Source: a virus (lineage: Duplodnaviria > Caudoviricetes). From it: 48,953 bases of DNA. Numbering within the stretch: position 1 is the first letter of the stretch; every line of letters starts with the position of its first letter. The stretch lies in IMG/VR virus record IMGVR_UViG_3300012665_001700, positions 1 through 48,953 of that record; one strand, written 5' to 3'. Positions 17,262 through 27,933 of the stretch are shown one piece after another. The notes beneath the pieces are model-generated. The model worked only from the letters and a program-made list of their open reading frames with translations. It was not told where the DNA came from and did not search any database. A program made the translations under genes and the position numbers.

Positions 17262-17975
17262 ATGAACAAAAACAATTTATTAAAATTTATCCAAAAGTAT
17301 TCTTTGGGTGGATTAATTGAATCGGTGGCATGGAACGCCGAAGGAACTAAACTATCGGTAAGATTTATATCCGATGATAAAACTCTATTGGGTGAAGTTG
17401 AATTCAACGCATTCACATCATCCGGGTTTAATGTTGGCATCTATACAACATCTTTATTGAAAAATATGATTGGTGTATTGGATAGTGATATTAATTTGAA
17501 AGTTGATAAAGCTGGTGATAAATCAGTATCTTTAAAACTTTCATCCGATGAAACCGAAACATCATATCAGTTAGCTGATTTGGGTGTAATCCCTCCTGTT
17601 CCAGATTTGAAACAATTGCCTGAATTTGGTATTTCAATTGATATGGCATCGAATATGATTGATAAATTTATCAAAGCAAAGGGTGCATTGAGTGATGTGG
17701 ATACGTTTACCGTATTTACCGAAGGTGGTGATTTGAAAATGGCAATCGGATATTCATCCATCTCAACAAACAGAGTAACATTTACCGTCCAAAAAGGATA
17801 TACGGGTGATGTGAAACCAATTTCTTTCTCTGCAAAATATTTGAAAGAAATTTTAACAGCAAATAAAGAAGCTACAAATGCAAAATTAAAAGTATCAGTA
17901 GATGGATTATCTAATGTAGAATTCCAAATTGATGATTTTGTATGTAAATATTATTTAGTAGAAATTTCAAATTAA
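17262..17975 (+). CDS. DNA sliding clamp (gp45/PCNA-like)
   Basis: About 237 aa, beta-rich two-domain pattern, C-terminal ISFSAKYLKEIL...KYYL; lies between polB and the clamp loader. Start moved to ATG 17262. Confidence 0.75.
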   Translation: MNKNNLLKFIQKYSLGGLIESVAWNAEGTKLSVRFISDDKTLLGEVEFNAFTSSGFNVGIYTTSLLKNMIGVLDSDINLKVDKAGDKSVSLKLSSDETETSYQLADLGVIPPVPDLKQLPEFGISIDMASNMIDKFIKAKGALSDVDTFTVFTEGGDLKMAIGYSSISTNRVTFTVQKGYTGDVKPISFSAKYLKEILTANKEATNAKLKVSVDGLSNVEFQIDDFVCKYYLVEISN

Positions 17976-17980
17976 TAAAA

Positions 17981-18349
17981 ATGAAAAAAACAAAAAAAAT
18001 GGAAGAAGTAAAAGACACAAGAATTGAGTTGGCAACGGAAGAATCAACTCCAATAGGTACAACAAGTATAGCACAGGGTAATCCAATCGAAGATGCAGAA
18101 TGGTGTTTTCAGTTTTTCGATACAGATCCAGTAGTATTTGCTTGGAATTCCACAACAGAACCACAATCAAATCCGTTGGTTATAGAACTAAAACCAATTG
18201 AAGGTGATGGATTGAGTTTTACAAAAGATGGTATGGTTTTTAAAATTTTCTCAAGACATATTACAGAGGAAACAAAAATTCAAAGACAAAAGCAAATGGA
18301 ACAATCCGATTCACTAAAACAGGATATTGCCACTGCTGAAAATAAATAA
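17981..18349 (+). CDS. hypothetical protein
   Basis: 122-aa ORF in the operon; no recognised domain. Confidence 0.7.
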   Translation: MKKTKKMEEVKDTRIELATEESTPIGTTSIAQGNPIEDAEWCFQFFDTDPVVFAWNSTTEPQSNPLVIELKPIEGDGLSFTKDGMVFKIFSRHITEETKIQRQKQMEQSDSLKQDIATAENK

Positions 18350-18351
18350 TT

Positions 18352-18768
18352 ATGAATGTTAATGTAAAAAAATTACATCCAAAAGCAGTTATCCCCACCT
18401 ATGCAAAAAGTGGGGATGCTGGTATGGATTTGTTTATAACGGATGTAAAATCTAAAAATAAATTTGACATTACATATGGATTTGGTATTGCATTGGAAAT
18501 CCCAGAGGGATACGTTGGATTAATATTTCCACGTTCCTCCATTAGAAGTCAAGATTTAATTTTATCCAATTCCGTTGGAGTGATTGATAGTGGATATCGG
18601 GGTGAATTGATGGCAACATTTAAAAGAACAGGACCACACAGATATGAAGTTGGTGATAAAGCTGCACAAATTATAGTTTTACCATACCCAACAATTGAAT
18701 TTGAAGAAGTAGAAGAATTATCTAACACCGAAAGAGGCGCAGGCGGATTCGGTTCAACTGGAAAATAA
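18352..18768 (+). CDS. dut: trimeric dUTPase
   Basis: DAGMDL, PRSS, GVIDSGYRGE, AQ, RGAGGFGSTG. Confidence 0.96.
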   Translation: MNVNVKKLHPKAVIPTYAKSGDAGMDLFITDVKSKNKFDITYGFGIALEIPEGYVGLIFPRSSIRSQDLILSNSVGVIDSGYRGELMATFKRTGPHRYEVGDKAAQIIVLPYPTIEFEEVEELSNTERGAGGFGSTGK

Positions 18769-18769
18769 T

Positions 18770-19717
18770 ATGAGTTTTTTCGCAAACGAAAATAGTAAAA
18801 AAGAACATAGTTTGTGGGTGGAGAAATACCGCCCACAAACACTTTCTGATTATGTCGGAAATGAAATGATTAAAGAAACCATTCAACAATATTTGGATAA
18901 TAATGATATTCCACATTTGTTATTCTATGGTAAAGCTGGTACAGGCAAAACAACCCTAGCCAAACTAATTGTAAATACAATCAAATGTGATTATATGATT
19001 ATAAACGCATCTGATGAAAATAATGTAGATACGGTCAGAACCAAAGTGAAAAATTTTGCATCATCCGTTGGATTTGCAGGATTTAAAGTGATTATATTGG
19101 ATGAGTTTGATTATATGACTCCAAATGCACAAGCAATCCTTCGTAATTTGATGGAAACATTCAGTAAACATTGTAGATTTATTTTGACTTGTAACTACAT
19201 TGAGAAGATTATTGACCCAATTCAAAGTAGATGTCAATCATTTGCAATTACACCTCCAACAAAAAAGGATGTAGCAATACAGGTAAGTAAGATATTGGAT
19301 TCGGAAGGTATTAAGTATGAACCAAAAAATATGGCAGATATCATTAATTCATATTATCCAGATATTCGTAGAATACTTAATACTTGTCAATTGCAATCGG
19401 CAAAGGGTGAGTTAAAAGTTGACCATAAAATTATGGTTGAATCTGATTTCAAATCAAAACTAATAGAACTTTTGAAATCATCTGATGATAAACGAAATAT
19501 GTTTATGAATATCAGACAATCAGTAGCTGACAATAAACTAAATGATTATTCTGAAATGTATTCCATGTTGTACGATAAGGTGGATGAGTATGCTAGTGGA
19601 AATACAGCAAATGTAATCCTAACAATTGCAGATGGATTATCTAAAGATGCATTGGTGGTTGATAAAGAAATTGTATTCATGAGTACGATTATTCAAATTT
19701 TAAATATTATAAAATGA
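18770..19717 (+). CDS. clamp loader AAA+ subunit (RFC small subunit / gp44-like)
   Basis: WVEKYRP, HLLFYGKAGTGKTT, INASDE, ILDEFD, SRC. Confidence 0.93.
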   Translation: MSFFANENSKKEHSLWVEKYRPQTLSDYVGNEMIKETIQQYLDNNDIPHLLFYGKAGTGKTTLAKLIVNTIKCDYMIINASDENNVDTVRTKVKNFASSVGFAGFKVIILDEFDYMTPNAQAILRNLMETFSKHCRFILTCNYIEKIIDPIQSRCQSFAITPPTKKDVAIQVSKILDSEGIKYEPKNMADIINSYYPDIRRILNTCQLQSAKGELKVDHKIMVESDFKSKLIELLKSSDDKRNMFMNIRQSVADNKLNDYSEMYSMLYDKVDEYASGNTANVILTIADGLSKDALVVDKEIVFMSTIIQILNIIK

Positions 19718-19968
19718 TAAATGAACAAGAACAAATGGGTGGTGGGTTACCACTAAACTTTTCTCTAAACGATGCAAGAGATATGCCATGTGAGTGTGGT
19801 AATCTTATTTTTATGCCGGGGTTTAGATTTAAGAAGATTTCAAGATTACTTACAGGAGAACCAAAAGATTCTGTATTGCCGATACAATTATATTTGTGTA
19901 CTGCATGTGGAAAACCACATCAAGATTTGTTACCTGATGAATTTAAAGAAAAGAAAATTATAGAATAA
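19714..19968 (+). CDS. small Zn-ribbon protein
   Basis: CECGN...CTACG; ATGA-type overlap with the upstream gene. Confidence 0.7.
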   Translation: MINEQEQMGGGLPLNFSLNDARDMPCECGNLIFMPGFRFKKISRLLTGEPKDSVLPIQLYLCTACGKPHQDLLPDEFKEKKIIE

Positions 19969-20420
19969 TGGCTGCAAAAAAGTTATTTGATCATTTAAAT
20001 GCGATAACGTCAGAGCAAGACCCTAATTATTTTAATAAACTTTCAGAAGAAGATTTAAAATCATGGAGTAACTTTATGATTAATAGATTTCTTTCTATGA
20101 AGCCAGAGTGGGTAGAGATGATTGCAACTCTACTTCCTCTGACTCAAACATTGGAACCAGAACAAATGTATAAACTTTATATAAATGTTATCCCTAAAGG
20201 AAAATATTATTTAAAATATATAAAGGGAAAATCCGAAGAAAAATATGAAGAATTTTTTGTTGATTTGATAAAAAAAGAGTATATTTGTTCTGAAAAACAA
20301 GCATTTGAATACATCGAAGTTTTATATGCAAACAGAGAAGGAAGGGAGCATATCAAATACGTTTGTGAGAAATATGGTGTAGATAAAAAGCAAATTACAA
20401 AATTGAAATTAAAAATATAG
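19968..20420 (+). CDS. putative clamp loader small subunit (gp62-like)
   Basis: LFDHLNAI, NFMINRFLSM, YLKYIKG; position next to the gp44-like gene. Confidence 0.65.
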   Translation: MAAKKLFDHLNAITSEQDPNYFNKLSEEDLKSWSNFMINRFLSMKPEWVEMIATLLPLTQTLEPEQMYKLYINVIPKGKYYLKYIKGKSEEKYEEFFVDLIKKEYICSEKQAFEYIEVLYANREGREHIKYVCEKYGVDKKQITKLKLKI

Positions 20421-21283
20421 TGGCAAGAGTATCATTTTCTCAATATTCAATGTGGAGTAGTTGTCCAACTCAATATAAGTTGGCATATATAAATAAGTTA
20501 TCAGAATCTGTATCAAATATTCATGCAGTATTTGGAACTGCAATGCATGAAACGTTGCAGGAATACTTGAATATATGCTTACGGATATCAAAATCACAGG
20601 CGGACAAGACAATTAATCTGAAAGATTTTTTAAAAGAAAGAATGCGTCAGTTGTATTTGAAAGAATCCAACAATGGTGAAACGTATATTTGTTCCAAAGA
20701 AGAACTTGTTGAATTTTTGGAAGATGGAAATATCCTATTGGATTGGTTCCAGAAATCAAAAAATTTCAATAAGTTTTTTTCTTTAAAACATGATGAGTTA
20801 GTTGCAATCGAACAACCGATAAATACAAAGATAGCAGACAACGTAAACTTTTTAGGATTCATTGATTTGATTACAAAAGATACTTATACAAATCGTTATA
20901 AAATAATAGATTTTAAAACCTCAACTAGAGGTTGGAGTGATTACCAAAAAAAGGATCCTATAAAAAACGCACAAATACTTCTTTATAAGAAATTTTATTC
21001 AGAAATGTTGAATGTATCAATGGATATGATTGATGTTGAATTTATAATCTTAAAAAGAAAAGTTGAAATTAGAGAAGATATTCCAACACATAGAATAAGT
21101 AGACATGTTCCTGCAAATGGTAAACCATCGGTTAATAAAGCCTGGAATGGATTTAAGGAGTTTGTAGACACTATATTTGATTCCGAAGGTAATTATCGCA
21201 TGGAAATAGATTACCCTAAAAAACCATCAAAACTTTGTGAATGGTGTGAGTTTTTTGGTAAACATTGTGATGGAAAAAATTAA
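20420..21283 (+). CDS. PD-(D/E)xK nuclease, Cas4/AddB-like, with a four-Cys cluster
   Basis: SFSQY..SCP, FGTAMHE, GFIDL, IIDFKT, QILLY, CEWCEF..HC. Confidence 0.88.
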   Translation: MARVSFSQYSMWSSCPTQYKLAYINKLSESVSNIHAVFGTAMHETLQEYLNICLRISKSQADKTINLKDFLKERMRQLYLKESNNGETYICSKEELVEFLEDGNILLDWFQKSKNFNKFFSLKHDELVAIEQPINTKIADNVNFLGFIDLITKDTYTNRYKIIDFKTSTRGWSDYQKKDPIKNAQILLYKKFYSEMLNVSMDMIDVEFIILKRKVEIREDIPTHRISRHVPANGKPSVNKAWNGFKEFVDTIFDSEGNYRMEIDYPKKPSKLCEWCEFFGKHCDGKN

Positions 21284-21309
21284 AAAATAATAATTATTTA
21301 AAAAAAGTT

Positions 21310-22692
21310 ATGGCAAAAAAGAAAATTCTGTTATTATCAGATGATTTACGAATGGCAAGTGGTATTGCCAATGTTTCAAAACAATTGGTGTTAGGCACCG
21401 TTGACAAGTATGATTGGGTACAATTAGGTGCAGCAATTCAACATCCAGAAATGGGTAAGGTATTAGATTTAAATGAGGATATCCGTGCAAAAACAGGAGT
21501 AAAAGATGCAAGTGTTAGGATATATCCATTTGATGGATATGGAAATGCGGATGTTATTAGACAACTTCTTATGGTTGAAAAACCAGATGCAATCTTACAC
21601 TTTACTGATCCAAGATATTGGATTTGGTTGTATGATATTGAGCATGAGATTAGACAATCTGTTCCAATCTTCTTTTATCATATATGGGATGACTTGCCAG
21701 ATCCAAAATATAATAGAGATTATTATGAAAGTTGCGATTGGATAGGATGTATTTCAAAACAAACATATGGTATAACCCGTAGAGTTTGGGGATGGGATAA
21801 AGAATCTCGTTGGGAAAAGCCAAAAGACTGGCAAGTTAGTTATGTTCCACATGGAATAAATTCAGAGGATTATAAACCGACAGTTGTTCCTGATGATTTT
21901 AAGAAAAGTATTTTTGGCGATAAAGAATATGAATTTGTACTATATTGGTCAAATAGAAATATTAGAAGAAAACAACCAATAGATGTTATACTTGCATTTG
22001 ATGAATTTAGAAAAACATTACCAGAAGATAAAAGAGATAAAGTCTGTTTATTAATGCATACTACTCCCGTAGAAGAACATGGTACTGATTTACCAACTAT
22101 GATACAACATTGTACTCCGGATGCAAATGTAATATTTGCACCAAATAGATATACCGAAGAACAATTGAATTGGCTTTATAATTTGGGAGATGTAACAATT
22201 AATATAGCATCAAATGAAGGATTTGGATTGGCAACTGCCGAATCTCTGATGGCAGGAACTCCTATCATCGTTGAAGTTACAGGTGGATTACAAGATCAAT
22301 GTGGATTTAAAATGAAAGGTTCTGATAAGTACATAACCGCAGATGATTATGTTGAAATCGGATCATTACATCATAAAAAGAAATATGAAAATTTAGTTGA
22401 ACCAGGTGAGTGGGTAAAACCAATCTGGCCTGTTAGATCAGCAACGGGTTCAATTCCAACCCCATACATTTTCGATGATAGAGTTGATTACGCCGATGTT
22501 GCACCTCTGATTAAAGAGTGGTACGATGCGGGTAAGGAAAAGCGTGAAGAAGCCGGATTAAAAGGTAGAGAGTGGATGTTGGGTGATGGTGGATTGAGTA
22601 GAGAGAATATGTGTAAAACATTAGTAGATGGAATGGAAGAAGCATTTGTAAATTGGAAACCAAAGAAAAAATTCAGATTAATAAAGTTATAG
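21310..22692 (+). CDS. GT-B (GT4-like) glycosyltransferase
   Basis: ILLLSDD..SGIA, VPHGI, NRNIRRK, SNEGFGLATAESL. Confidence 0.88.
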   Translation: MAKKKILLLSDDLRMASGIANVSKQLVLGTVDKYDWVQLGAAIQHPEMGKVLDLNEDIRAKTGVKDASVRIYPFDGYGNADVIRQLLMVEKPDAILHFTDPRYWIWLYDIEHEIRQSVPIFFYHIWDDLPDPKYNRDYYESCDWIGCISKQTYGITRRVWGWDKESRWEKPKDWQVSYVPHGINSEDYKPTVVPDDFKKSIFGDKEYEFVLYWSNRNIRRKQPIDVILAFDEFRKTLPEDKRDKVCLLMHTTPVEEHGTDLPTMIQHCTPDANVIFAPNRYTEEQLNWLYNLGDVTINIASNEGFGLATAESLMAGTPIIVEVTGGLQDQCGFKMKGSDKYITADDYVEIGSLHHKKKYENLVEPGEWVKPIWPVRSATGSIPTPYIFDDRVDYADVAPLIKEWYDAGKEKREEAGLKGREWMLGDGGLSRENMCKTLVDGMEEAFVNWKPKKKFRLIKL

Positions 22693-22693
22693 T

Positions 22694-23962
22694 ATGAAAC
22701 CAACATTAGTATTTCAAGCGCCAGTAGCAACAAGAAGTGGATATGGCGACCACTCTAGAGATTTATTACATTCTTTGTATAAATTGAATAAATTTGATAT
22801 TAAAATTATCAGTACCCGTTGGGGTGATACTCCAATGGATGCTTTAAATTATGATAATGAATTTCACAAATGGGTTGTAGATAATATTTTACCACAATTA
22901 AATGAGAAGCCTGATGTGTATATACAGGTAACTGTACCAAACGAATTTCAACAAGTTGGTCATTACAATATAGGAATCACTGCAGCAATTGAAACAACGG
23001 TTTGTTCTATTGATTGGATACATGGGTGTAATCGCATGGACTTAATAGTTGTTCCATCTGAACATGCTAAAATAAGTTTAGCAGGTACAATATATAATGA
23101 AGCCGATAAGCAAACGAATCAAATAATTAGACAGCACAGGATAGAAAAACCAATAGAGGTTCTTTTTGAAGGATTTGATGAAGTTGATTTCGGAACTTCT
23201 AATATAAAAACTATATCAGAATTGGATACAATTAAAGAAGATTTTGCATTTTTATTTGTAGGACATTGGTTGCGAGGTGATTTAGGAGAGGACAGAAAGA
23301 ATGTAGGAATGATGATTAAAACATTCGCAATGGCATTCAAAAATGAAAAAATAAAACCTGCATTGGTTTTAAAATCATCGCATGCTGGATTTAGCGTTAG
23401 AGATAGAGAGGCAATATGTGCTAAAATAAAATCTGTATTGGGTGATGATTTTGGTAAAGTTCCAGTTTATTTATTACATGGTGATGTATCTGCTCAACAT
23501 TTGAATGGTGTATATAATCATCCAAAAATAAAAGCAATGCTAAACTTCACAAAAGGTGAAGGGTTTGGTAGACCATTGTTGGAATTCAGTCTGACAGGGA
23601 AACCTGTGATTGTTTCAAACTGGAGTGGTCATTTGGACTTCTTAAAAGAAGGTGCAGTTTTGCTAGAAGGAGAATTAAAGAATGTACACGAATCAGCTGC
23701 AGATCAATTTTTATTAAAAGAATCACAATGGTTTAATGTTAATATATCAAAAGCATTGCCTGTAATAAAGGATGTTTATAAAAATTATGATAAGTATAAA
23801 ACTGCATCCATTCAATTGGGAAAACATAATAGAGAACAATTTAGTTTAACAAAAATGACAGAATTGTTCGATGTTATTTTGAACAAATATGGTATTTATA
23901 CTAAAACACAACCAAAATTTCAACAATTACAATTACCAAAATTGAAAATGTTAAATAAATAA
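22694..23962 (+). CDS. GT-B (GT4-like) glycosyltransferase
   Basis: SGYG, IVVPSEH, FLFVG, RKN, KGEGFGRPLLEF, VIVSNWSG. Confidence 0.88.
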   Translation: MKPTLVFQAPVATRSGYGDHSRDLLHSLYKLNKFDIKIISTRWGDTPMDALNYDNEFHKWVVDNILPQLNEKPDVYIQVTVPNEFQQVGHYNIGITAAIETTVCSIDWIHGCNRMDLIVVPSEHAKISLAGTIYNEADKQTNQIIRQHRIEKPIEVLFEGFDEVDFGTSNIKTISELDTIKEDFAFLFVGHWLRGDLGEDRKNVGMMIKTFAMAFKNEKIKPALVLKSSHAGFSVRDREAICAKIKSVLGDDFGKVPVYLLHGDVSAQHLNGVYNHPKIKAMLNFTKGEGFGRPLLEFSLTGKPVIVSNWSGHLDFLKEGAVLLEGELKNVHESAADQFLLKESQWFNVNISKALPVIKDVYKNYDKYKTASIQLGKHNREQFSLTKMTELFDVILNKYGIYTKTQPKFQQLQLPKLKMLNK

Positions 23963-24435
23963 TGGCCAACTATAACCCGATATATCGTAGATTTATAGAT
24001 GATAAAAATACAATTACCCCTAACAAAATGACTAGGGGTAATTTTTACATAATAAAAGAATACACATATGCGGATGGTACAAAAGAAAAATATACAGAAA
24101 TATCAGCTCCAATAATATTTACGTTATTTGTATCGGTAGCAAAAGATATAATACATTGTGTTAAAGTATCAAATGTAAATCCAAATGCAATAAAACGATT
24201 TTTTGGTAAATTTATAAATGAGGAAACTGAAAAATTACAAATGAAGGGAGGAGCAAAAAATATTTACTCTAATATTGTTAGTAAAGTACCAATTGTCACA
24301 CAGGAAGCATATAGAACATACAATATAACTGGCATTAAAAAGGTAGTAAAACTTAAAATGGATGTTAATGAATTGACTCCTAAAAATAAAAACGTTACTG
24401 GGATTGATACAAAATCCCAAAAGAAAAATTTATAA
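23962..24435 (+). CDS. hypothetical basic protein
   Basis: 157-aa ORF coupled by TAATG; no recognised domain. Confidence 0.7.
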   Translation: MANYNPIYRRFIDDKNTITPNKMTRGNFYIIKEYTYADGTKEKYTEISAPIIFTLFVSVAKDIIHCVKVSNVNPNAIKRFFGKFINEETEKLQMKGGAKNIYSNIVSKVPIVTQEAYRTYNITGIKKVVKLKMDVNELTPKNKNVTGIDTKSQKKNL

Positions 24436-24438
24436 AAA

Positions 24439-24846
24439 ATGACATCAAAAGAATATGTTATATGGCTTAACGGTTTCGTAGAAGCCTGCCACGAATATGC
24501 ACCAACTCCAAAACAATGGGATGCATTAAAAGATAAGTTAGCAGAAGTTAGTGATGAAGAAAAATCAATTGGAATTACAATGGGTTCGGGTGGATGGGGA
24601 GTTCCAAATATAACACCCAATAGTACACCATATACAATAAATTGTAGTACGGGTTCATCTGGAACAACAACCGGTGGTTACATAGTAACAACTACACCTG
24701 GGACTACGGGATTTATTACAGCATGCAATTATCCATATACAACAACTATATGGAATCCAAGTGGGTCTGCATGGAGTTACACAAATAGTACAAATAAAGA
24801 TATAAACGAAGAAAATGAAAATAAGTTACGCAATAACGGTTTGTAA
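24439..24846 (+). CDS. hypothetical protein with a Thr/Gly-rich C-terminal half
   Basis: N-terminus WLNGFVEA..PTPKQWDALK, then low-complexity TGSSGTTTGG. Confidence 0.65.
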   Translation: MTSKEYVIWLNGFVEACHEYAPTPKQWDALKDKLAEVSDEEKSIGITMGSGGWGVPNITPNSTPYTINCSTGSSGTTTGGYIVTTTPGTTGFITACNYPYTTTIWNPSGSAWSYTNSTNKDINEENENKLRNNGL

Positions 24847-25438
24847 TGAATTTGATGAAATAATTAAATTACTTACACAACTATTAAACTACAAAGGAAA
24901 TGATTCCGAAATTGTAGTTTTATTAGATACACCAAAGTCCTCTCCCGAATTAATTGAATATTTGGAATTACAAGCAGAGGCAAATTATATTACATTGATA
25001 GAATCTGAATTTAACAATGATTTTGCACAATGGAAAAATTTCTTGAATTCACATTGTAAAGGTGAGTGGATATTTCAATTGGATGCAGATGAAGCTTTGA
25101 GTCCTGATTTGATTGTAAATTTGGAAGAACTATTAGATACCAATTCTGACAAAGATATGATAGTTGTTCCCAGAATTAATATAGTAAATGGATTAACCGA
25201 TGAACATATACAAAAATGGAGATGGATAGTTAATGAGAAAGGTTGGGTTAATTTCCCTGATGTTCAGACGAGAATATACAAAAATTCAAAAAAAATTGGT
25301 TGGGTAAATAAAGTTCACGAAAGAATAGTTGGATTTGAAAATTATACAGCATTTCCAACTGATGAAATTTATTGTATAAAGCATATTAAAGATATCCAAA
25401 GACAAGAGAAACAAAACAATTATTACGATACTTTATGA
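24815..25438 (+). CDS. GT-A (GT2-like) glycosyltransferase
   Basis: ISYAITVCNE, WIFQLDADE, VHERI. Confidence 0.87.
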   Translation: MKISYAITVCNEFDEIIKLLTQLLNYKGNDSEIVVLLDTPKSSPELIEYLELQAEANYITLIESEFNNDFAQWKNFLNSHCKGEWIFQLDADEALSPDLIVNLEELLDTNSDKDMIVVPRINIVNGLTDEHIQKWRWIVNEKGWVNFPDVQTRIYKNSKKIGWVNKVHERIVGFENYTAFPTDEIYCIKHIKDIQRQEKQNNYYDTL

Positions 25439-26313
25439 AGATAACATTTATATATGATTATAAACCTGGAGAAGTTTGGTCAACTCCGATGGCATTGGTT
25501 AATGAATTTTCTAAAAGGGGTTGGGAAACTGATATAATACCGATTACCGCAAAGGATGATTCCCAATTACAACTGTGGATTCAGCAAGATATACATACTG
25601 ATATTGTATTATTTATGGATTGGGGTAGAATTTATTCTAAGTGGTTGGATAAATCATTAAAACCAAATGCATTTTGGATACAAGAAAGTGGAGATGATCC
25701 ACAAAATTTTGAAAGAAATTCCCCAAAAGCTAGTAAATTTCACTATACAATTACTCCTGATTATGATTCTTATTTCAGATATAAATCTATGGGAATAAAT
25801 GTGGAATGGATAACGCATTTTGCAGATACAGCCATACAATATCCTATGAATTTAGAACCAGAATACGTTGCAGTTACTACAAGAGGATTTGGTAATTCTC
25901 AATTTTTAGATTATCTTACAAACTGGTCACAAGGTGCAATTGGTAATAAGAATGGAATGGAAGGAATAGAGCATACCAAATTTCTGAATAAAGGACTAAT
26001 GATTATTCAGAATAGCAGGTGGGGAGAGGTAACTAGACGAATTTTTGAAGGTATGGCGTGTGGTAAGATGGTATTAACAGATAGATTGAATAATAATAAG
26101 AAACTAAATGAACTATTTAAAGAAAATGAAGAAATAGTTTTTTATGACAATATAGTCGATTGTATAGAAAAAATAAATTACTACAATGATAATAAAGAAG
26201 AGAGAGAAAAAATTGCGATGAGTGGCATGAAAAAAGTTATAGAAAACTATACACAAATTCAAGTAGTTGATAAATTAATAACGGAATTCAATAATTTTAA
26301 AAAAAATAAATAA
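25435..26313 (+). CDS. CgeB-like GT-B glycosyltransferase
   Basis: C-terminal TRRIFEGMACGKMVLTD...EREKIA...KKV..NYT. Confidence 0.8.
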   Translation: MKITFIYDYKPGEVWSTPMALVNEFSKRGWETDIIPITAKDDSQLQLWIQQDIHTDIVLFMDWGRIYSKWLDKSLKPNAFWIQESGDDPQNFERNSPKASKFHYTITPDYDSYFRYKSMGINVEWITHFADTAIQYPMNLEPEYVAVTTRGFGNSQFLDYLTNWSQGAIGNKNGMEGIEHTKFLNKGLMIIQNSRWGEVTRRIFEGMACGKMVLTDRLNNNKKLNELFKENEEIVFYDNIVDCIEKINYYNDNKEEREKIAMSGMKKVIENYTQIQVVDKLITEFNNFKKNK

Positions 26314-26534
26314 TGGCATTATTAAAATTAGATTGTCAATCAAGCGTTAAATCGCAAGGAAAATTTGTCACTCAAATAATACATTTTGTAGGTGGAGAAA
26401 AACGAACTTTTGAAAATATAGAATCGGAATATATTAAGCAAGGTCAGTTTACTAAACTTATGACAAGCGATGGTAGAATGATTTTGATAAACGATAAAAA
26501 TGTATTATGTATAGAGGTATTTCAACAACCATAG
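26313..26534 (+). CDS. hypothetical protein
   Basis: 73-aa ORF coupled by TAATG. Confidence 0.65.
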   Translation: MALLKLDCQSSVKSQGKFVTQIIHFVGGEKRTFENIESEYIKQGQFTKLMTSDGRMILINDKNVLCIEVFQQP

Positions 26535-26562
26535 ATGTGAATAAATTACCAAACGGAAGATA

Positions 26563-27933
26563 ATGACAAAATTAATTATATTTGATTTGGATGGAGTATT
26601 AGTAGAAGCCAAACAAATACACTTTGATACCTTAAATAAAGCATTGTGGGAAATTGCAAAAAGTAACAAATATGTAATTTCGGAAGCAGAACATTTATCA
26701 ATTTATGATGGATTAAAAACCAATCAGAAATTAGAATTACTTACTCAAAATAAAGGTTTACAAAGAAATGCATATGATATTGTTTGGAATAGAAAACAAC
26801 AATTGACAATAGAAGCAATATCAGAATTAAAACCAGATTTGCAAAAAATTGAATTATTTAAAGAATTACGAGATAGGGGATATAAGTTAGCATGTGCTTC
26901 AAACTCAATTAGAAGGTCTGTGTTGGTTATGTTAGCAAAGATAGGTATAATTGAGTATATGGACTTAATCATCTCTAATGAAGATGTAAAGAACTCAAAA
27001 CCGCATCCTGAAATGTATTGGAAGGCAATGAGTATGATGGGTGTATTACCGGAAGAAACTTTGATTGTAGAGGATTCTCCGCACGGATTATTAGCGGCAA
27101 GTAGAAGTAGAGCAAATGTTCTAAGAGTAGATAATCCAAAAGATTTGGTAATATCAAAAATTATTAGTAAATTGGATGAAACAAAACAAAATATGAATAT
27201 TCCAAAATGGCAAGGTGGTAAGTTAAATGTACTTATACCAATGGCAGGCGCTGGAAGTAGATTCCAAGCAGCGGGTTATACTTTTCCAAAACCACTAATT
27301 GATGTTGAAAATAAACCAATGATTCAGGTTGTGGTGGATAATCTAAATATAGAAGCCACATACATCTATGTAGTACAAAAAGAACATAGAGCAAAATATA
27401 ATTTAGATACTCTATTAAATCTAATTACTCCAAATTGTAAAATTGTAGAAGTAGATGGTTTGACAGAAGGAGCTGCATGTACTACTCTATTGGCTAAAGA
27501 ACATATTGATAATGATGCTCCATTGGTTATGGCAAACTCTGACCAATTTATCGAATGGGATAGTAATGAGTTTATGTACAAAATGATTGAACAAAAAGTA
27601 GATGGTGGAATTGTGACATTTACAGCAACACATCCAAAATGGTCATTTGCTAAAGTAGATGAATACGGATATGTTACGGAAGTTGCAGAGAAGAATCCAA
27701 TTTCAGATATCGCAACCGTTGGAATTTATTATTGGGCAAAGGGTTCGGATTATGTAAAGTATGCAGAACAAATGATTGATAAGAATATCAGAACTAACAA
27801 TGAATTCTATACTTGTCCAACTTTCAATGAAGCAATTGACGATGGTAAAAAGATTAAAACATTTAACATTCAAAAAATGTGGGGATTAGGAACGCCCGAA
27901 GATTTGAAATATTATTTAGAAAATAAGAAATGA
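26563..27933 (+). CDS. HAD phosphatase fused to an NTP-transferase (nucleotidyltransferase)
   Basis: N-terminal FDLDGVL, ASNS, KPHPE, VEDS; C-terminal IPMAGAGSRF..PKPLI, TEGAACT, NSDQ, AEK, GLGTPEDL. Confidence 0.88.
   Translation: MTKLIIFDLDGVLVEAKQIHFDTLNKALWEIAKSNKYVISEAEHLSIYDGLKTNQKLELLTQNKGLQRNAYDIVWNRKQQLTIEAISELKPDLQKIELFKELRDRGYKLACASNSIRRSVLVMLAKIGIIEYMDLIISNEDVKNSKPHPEMYWKAMSMMGVLPEETLIVEDSPHGLLAASRSRANVLRVDNPKDLVISKIISKLDETKQNMNIPKWQGGKLNVLIPMAGAGSRFQAAGYTFPKPLIDVENKPMIQVVVDNLNIEATYIYVVQKEHRAKYNLDTLLNLITPNCKIVEVDGLTEGAACTTLLAKEHIDNDAPLVMANSDQFIEWDSNEFMYKMIEQKVDGGIVTFTATHPKWSFAKVDEYGYVTEVAEKNPISDIATVGIYYWAKGSDYVKYAEQMIDKNIRTNNEFYTCPTFNEAIDDGKKIKTFNIQKMWGLGTPEDLKYYLENKK

Noticed and set aside
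14663-19717. Archaeal, eukaryotic or NCLDV origin suggested by PolB, a PCNA-like clamp and RFC
   Set aside because: The gp32-like SSB, GroES, PhoH, peptidoglycan endolysin and Bacteroidota promoters indicate a bacteriophage.
20420-21283. CRISPR-associated Cas4
   Set aside because: There are no repeats or other cas genes; solo Cas4/AddB-like nucleases are common in phage replication modules.
24600-24800. Tandem DNA repeat in the Thr/Gly-rich ORF
   Set aside because: The low complexity is at the amino-acid level only, with no regular nucleotide repeat unit.
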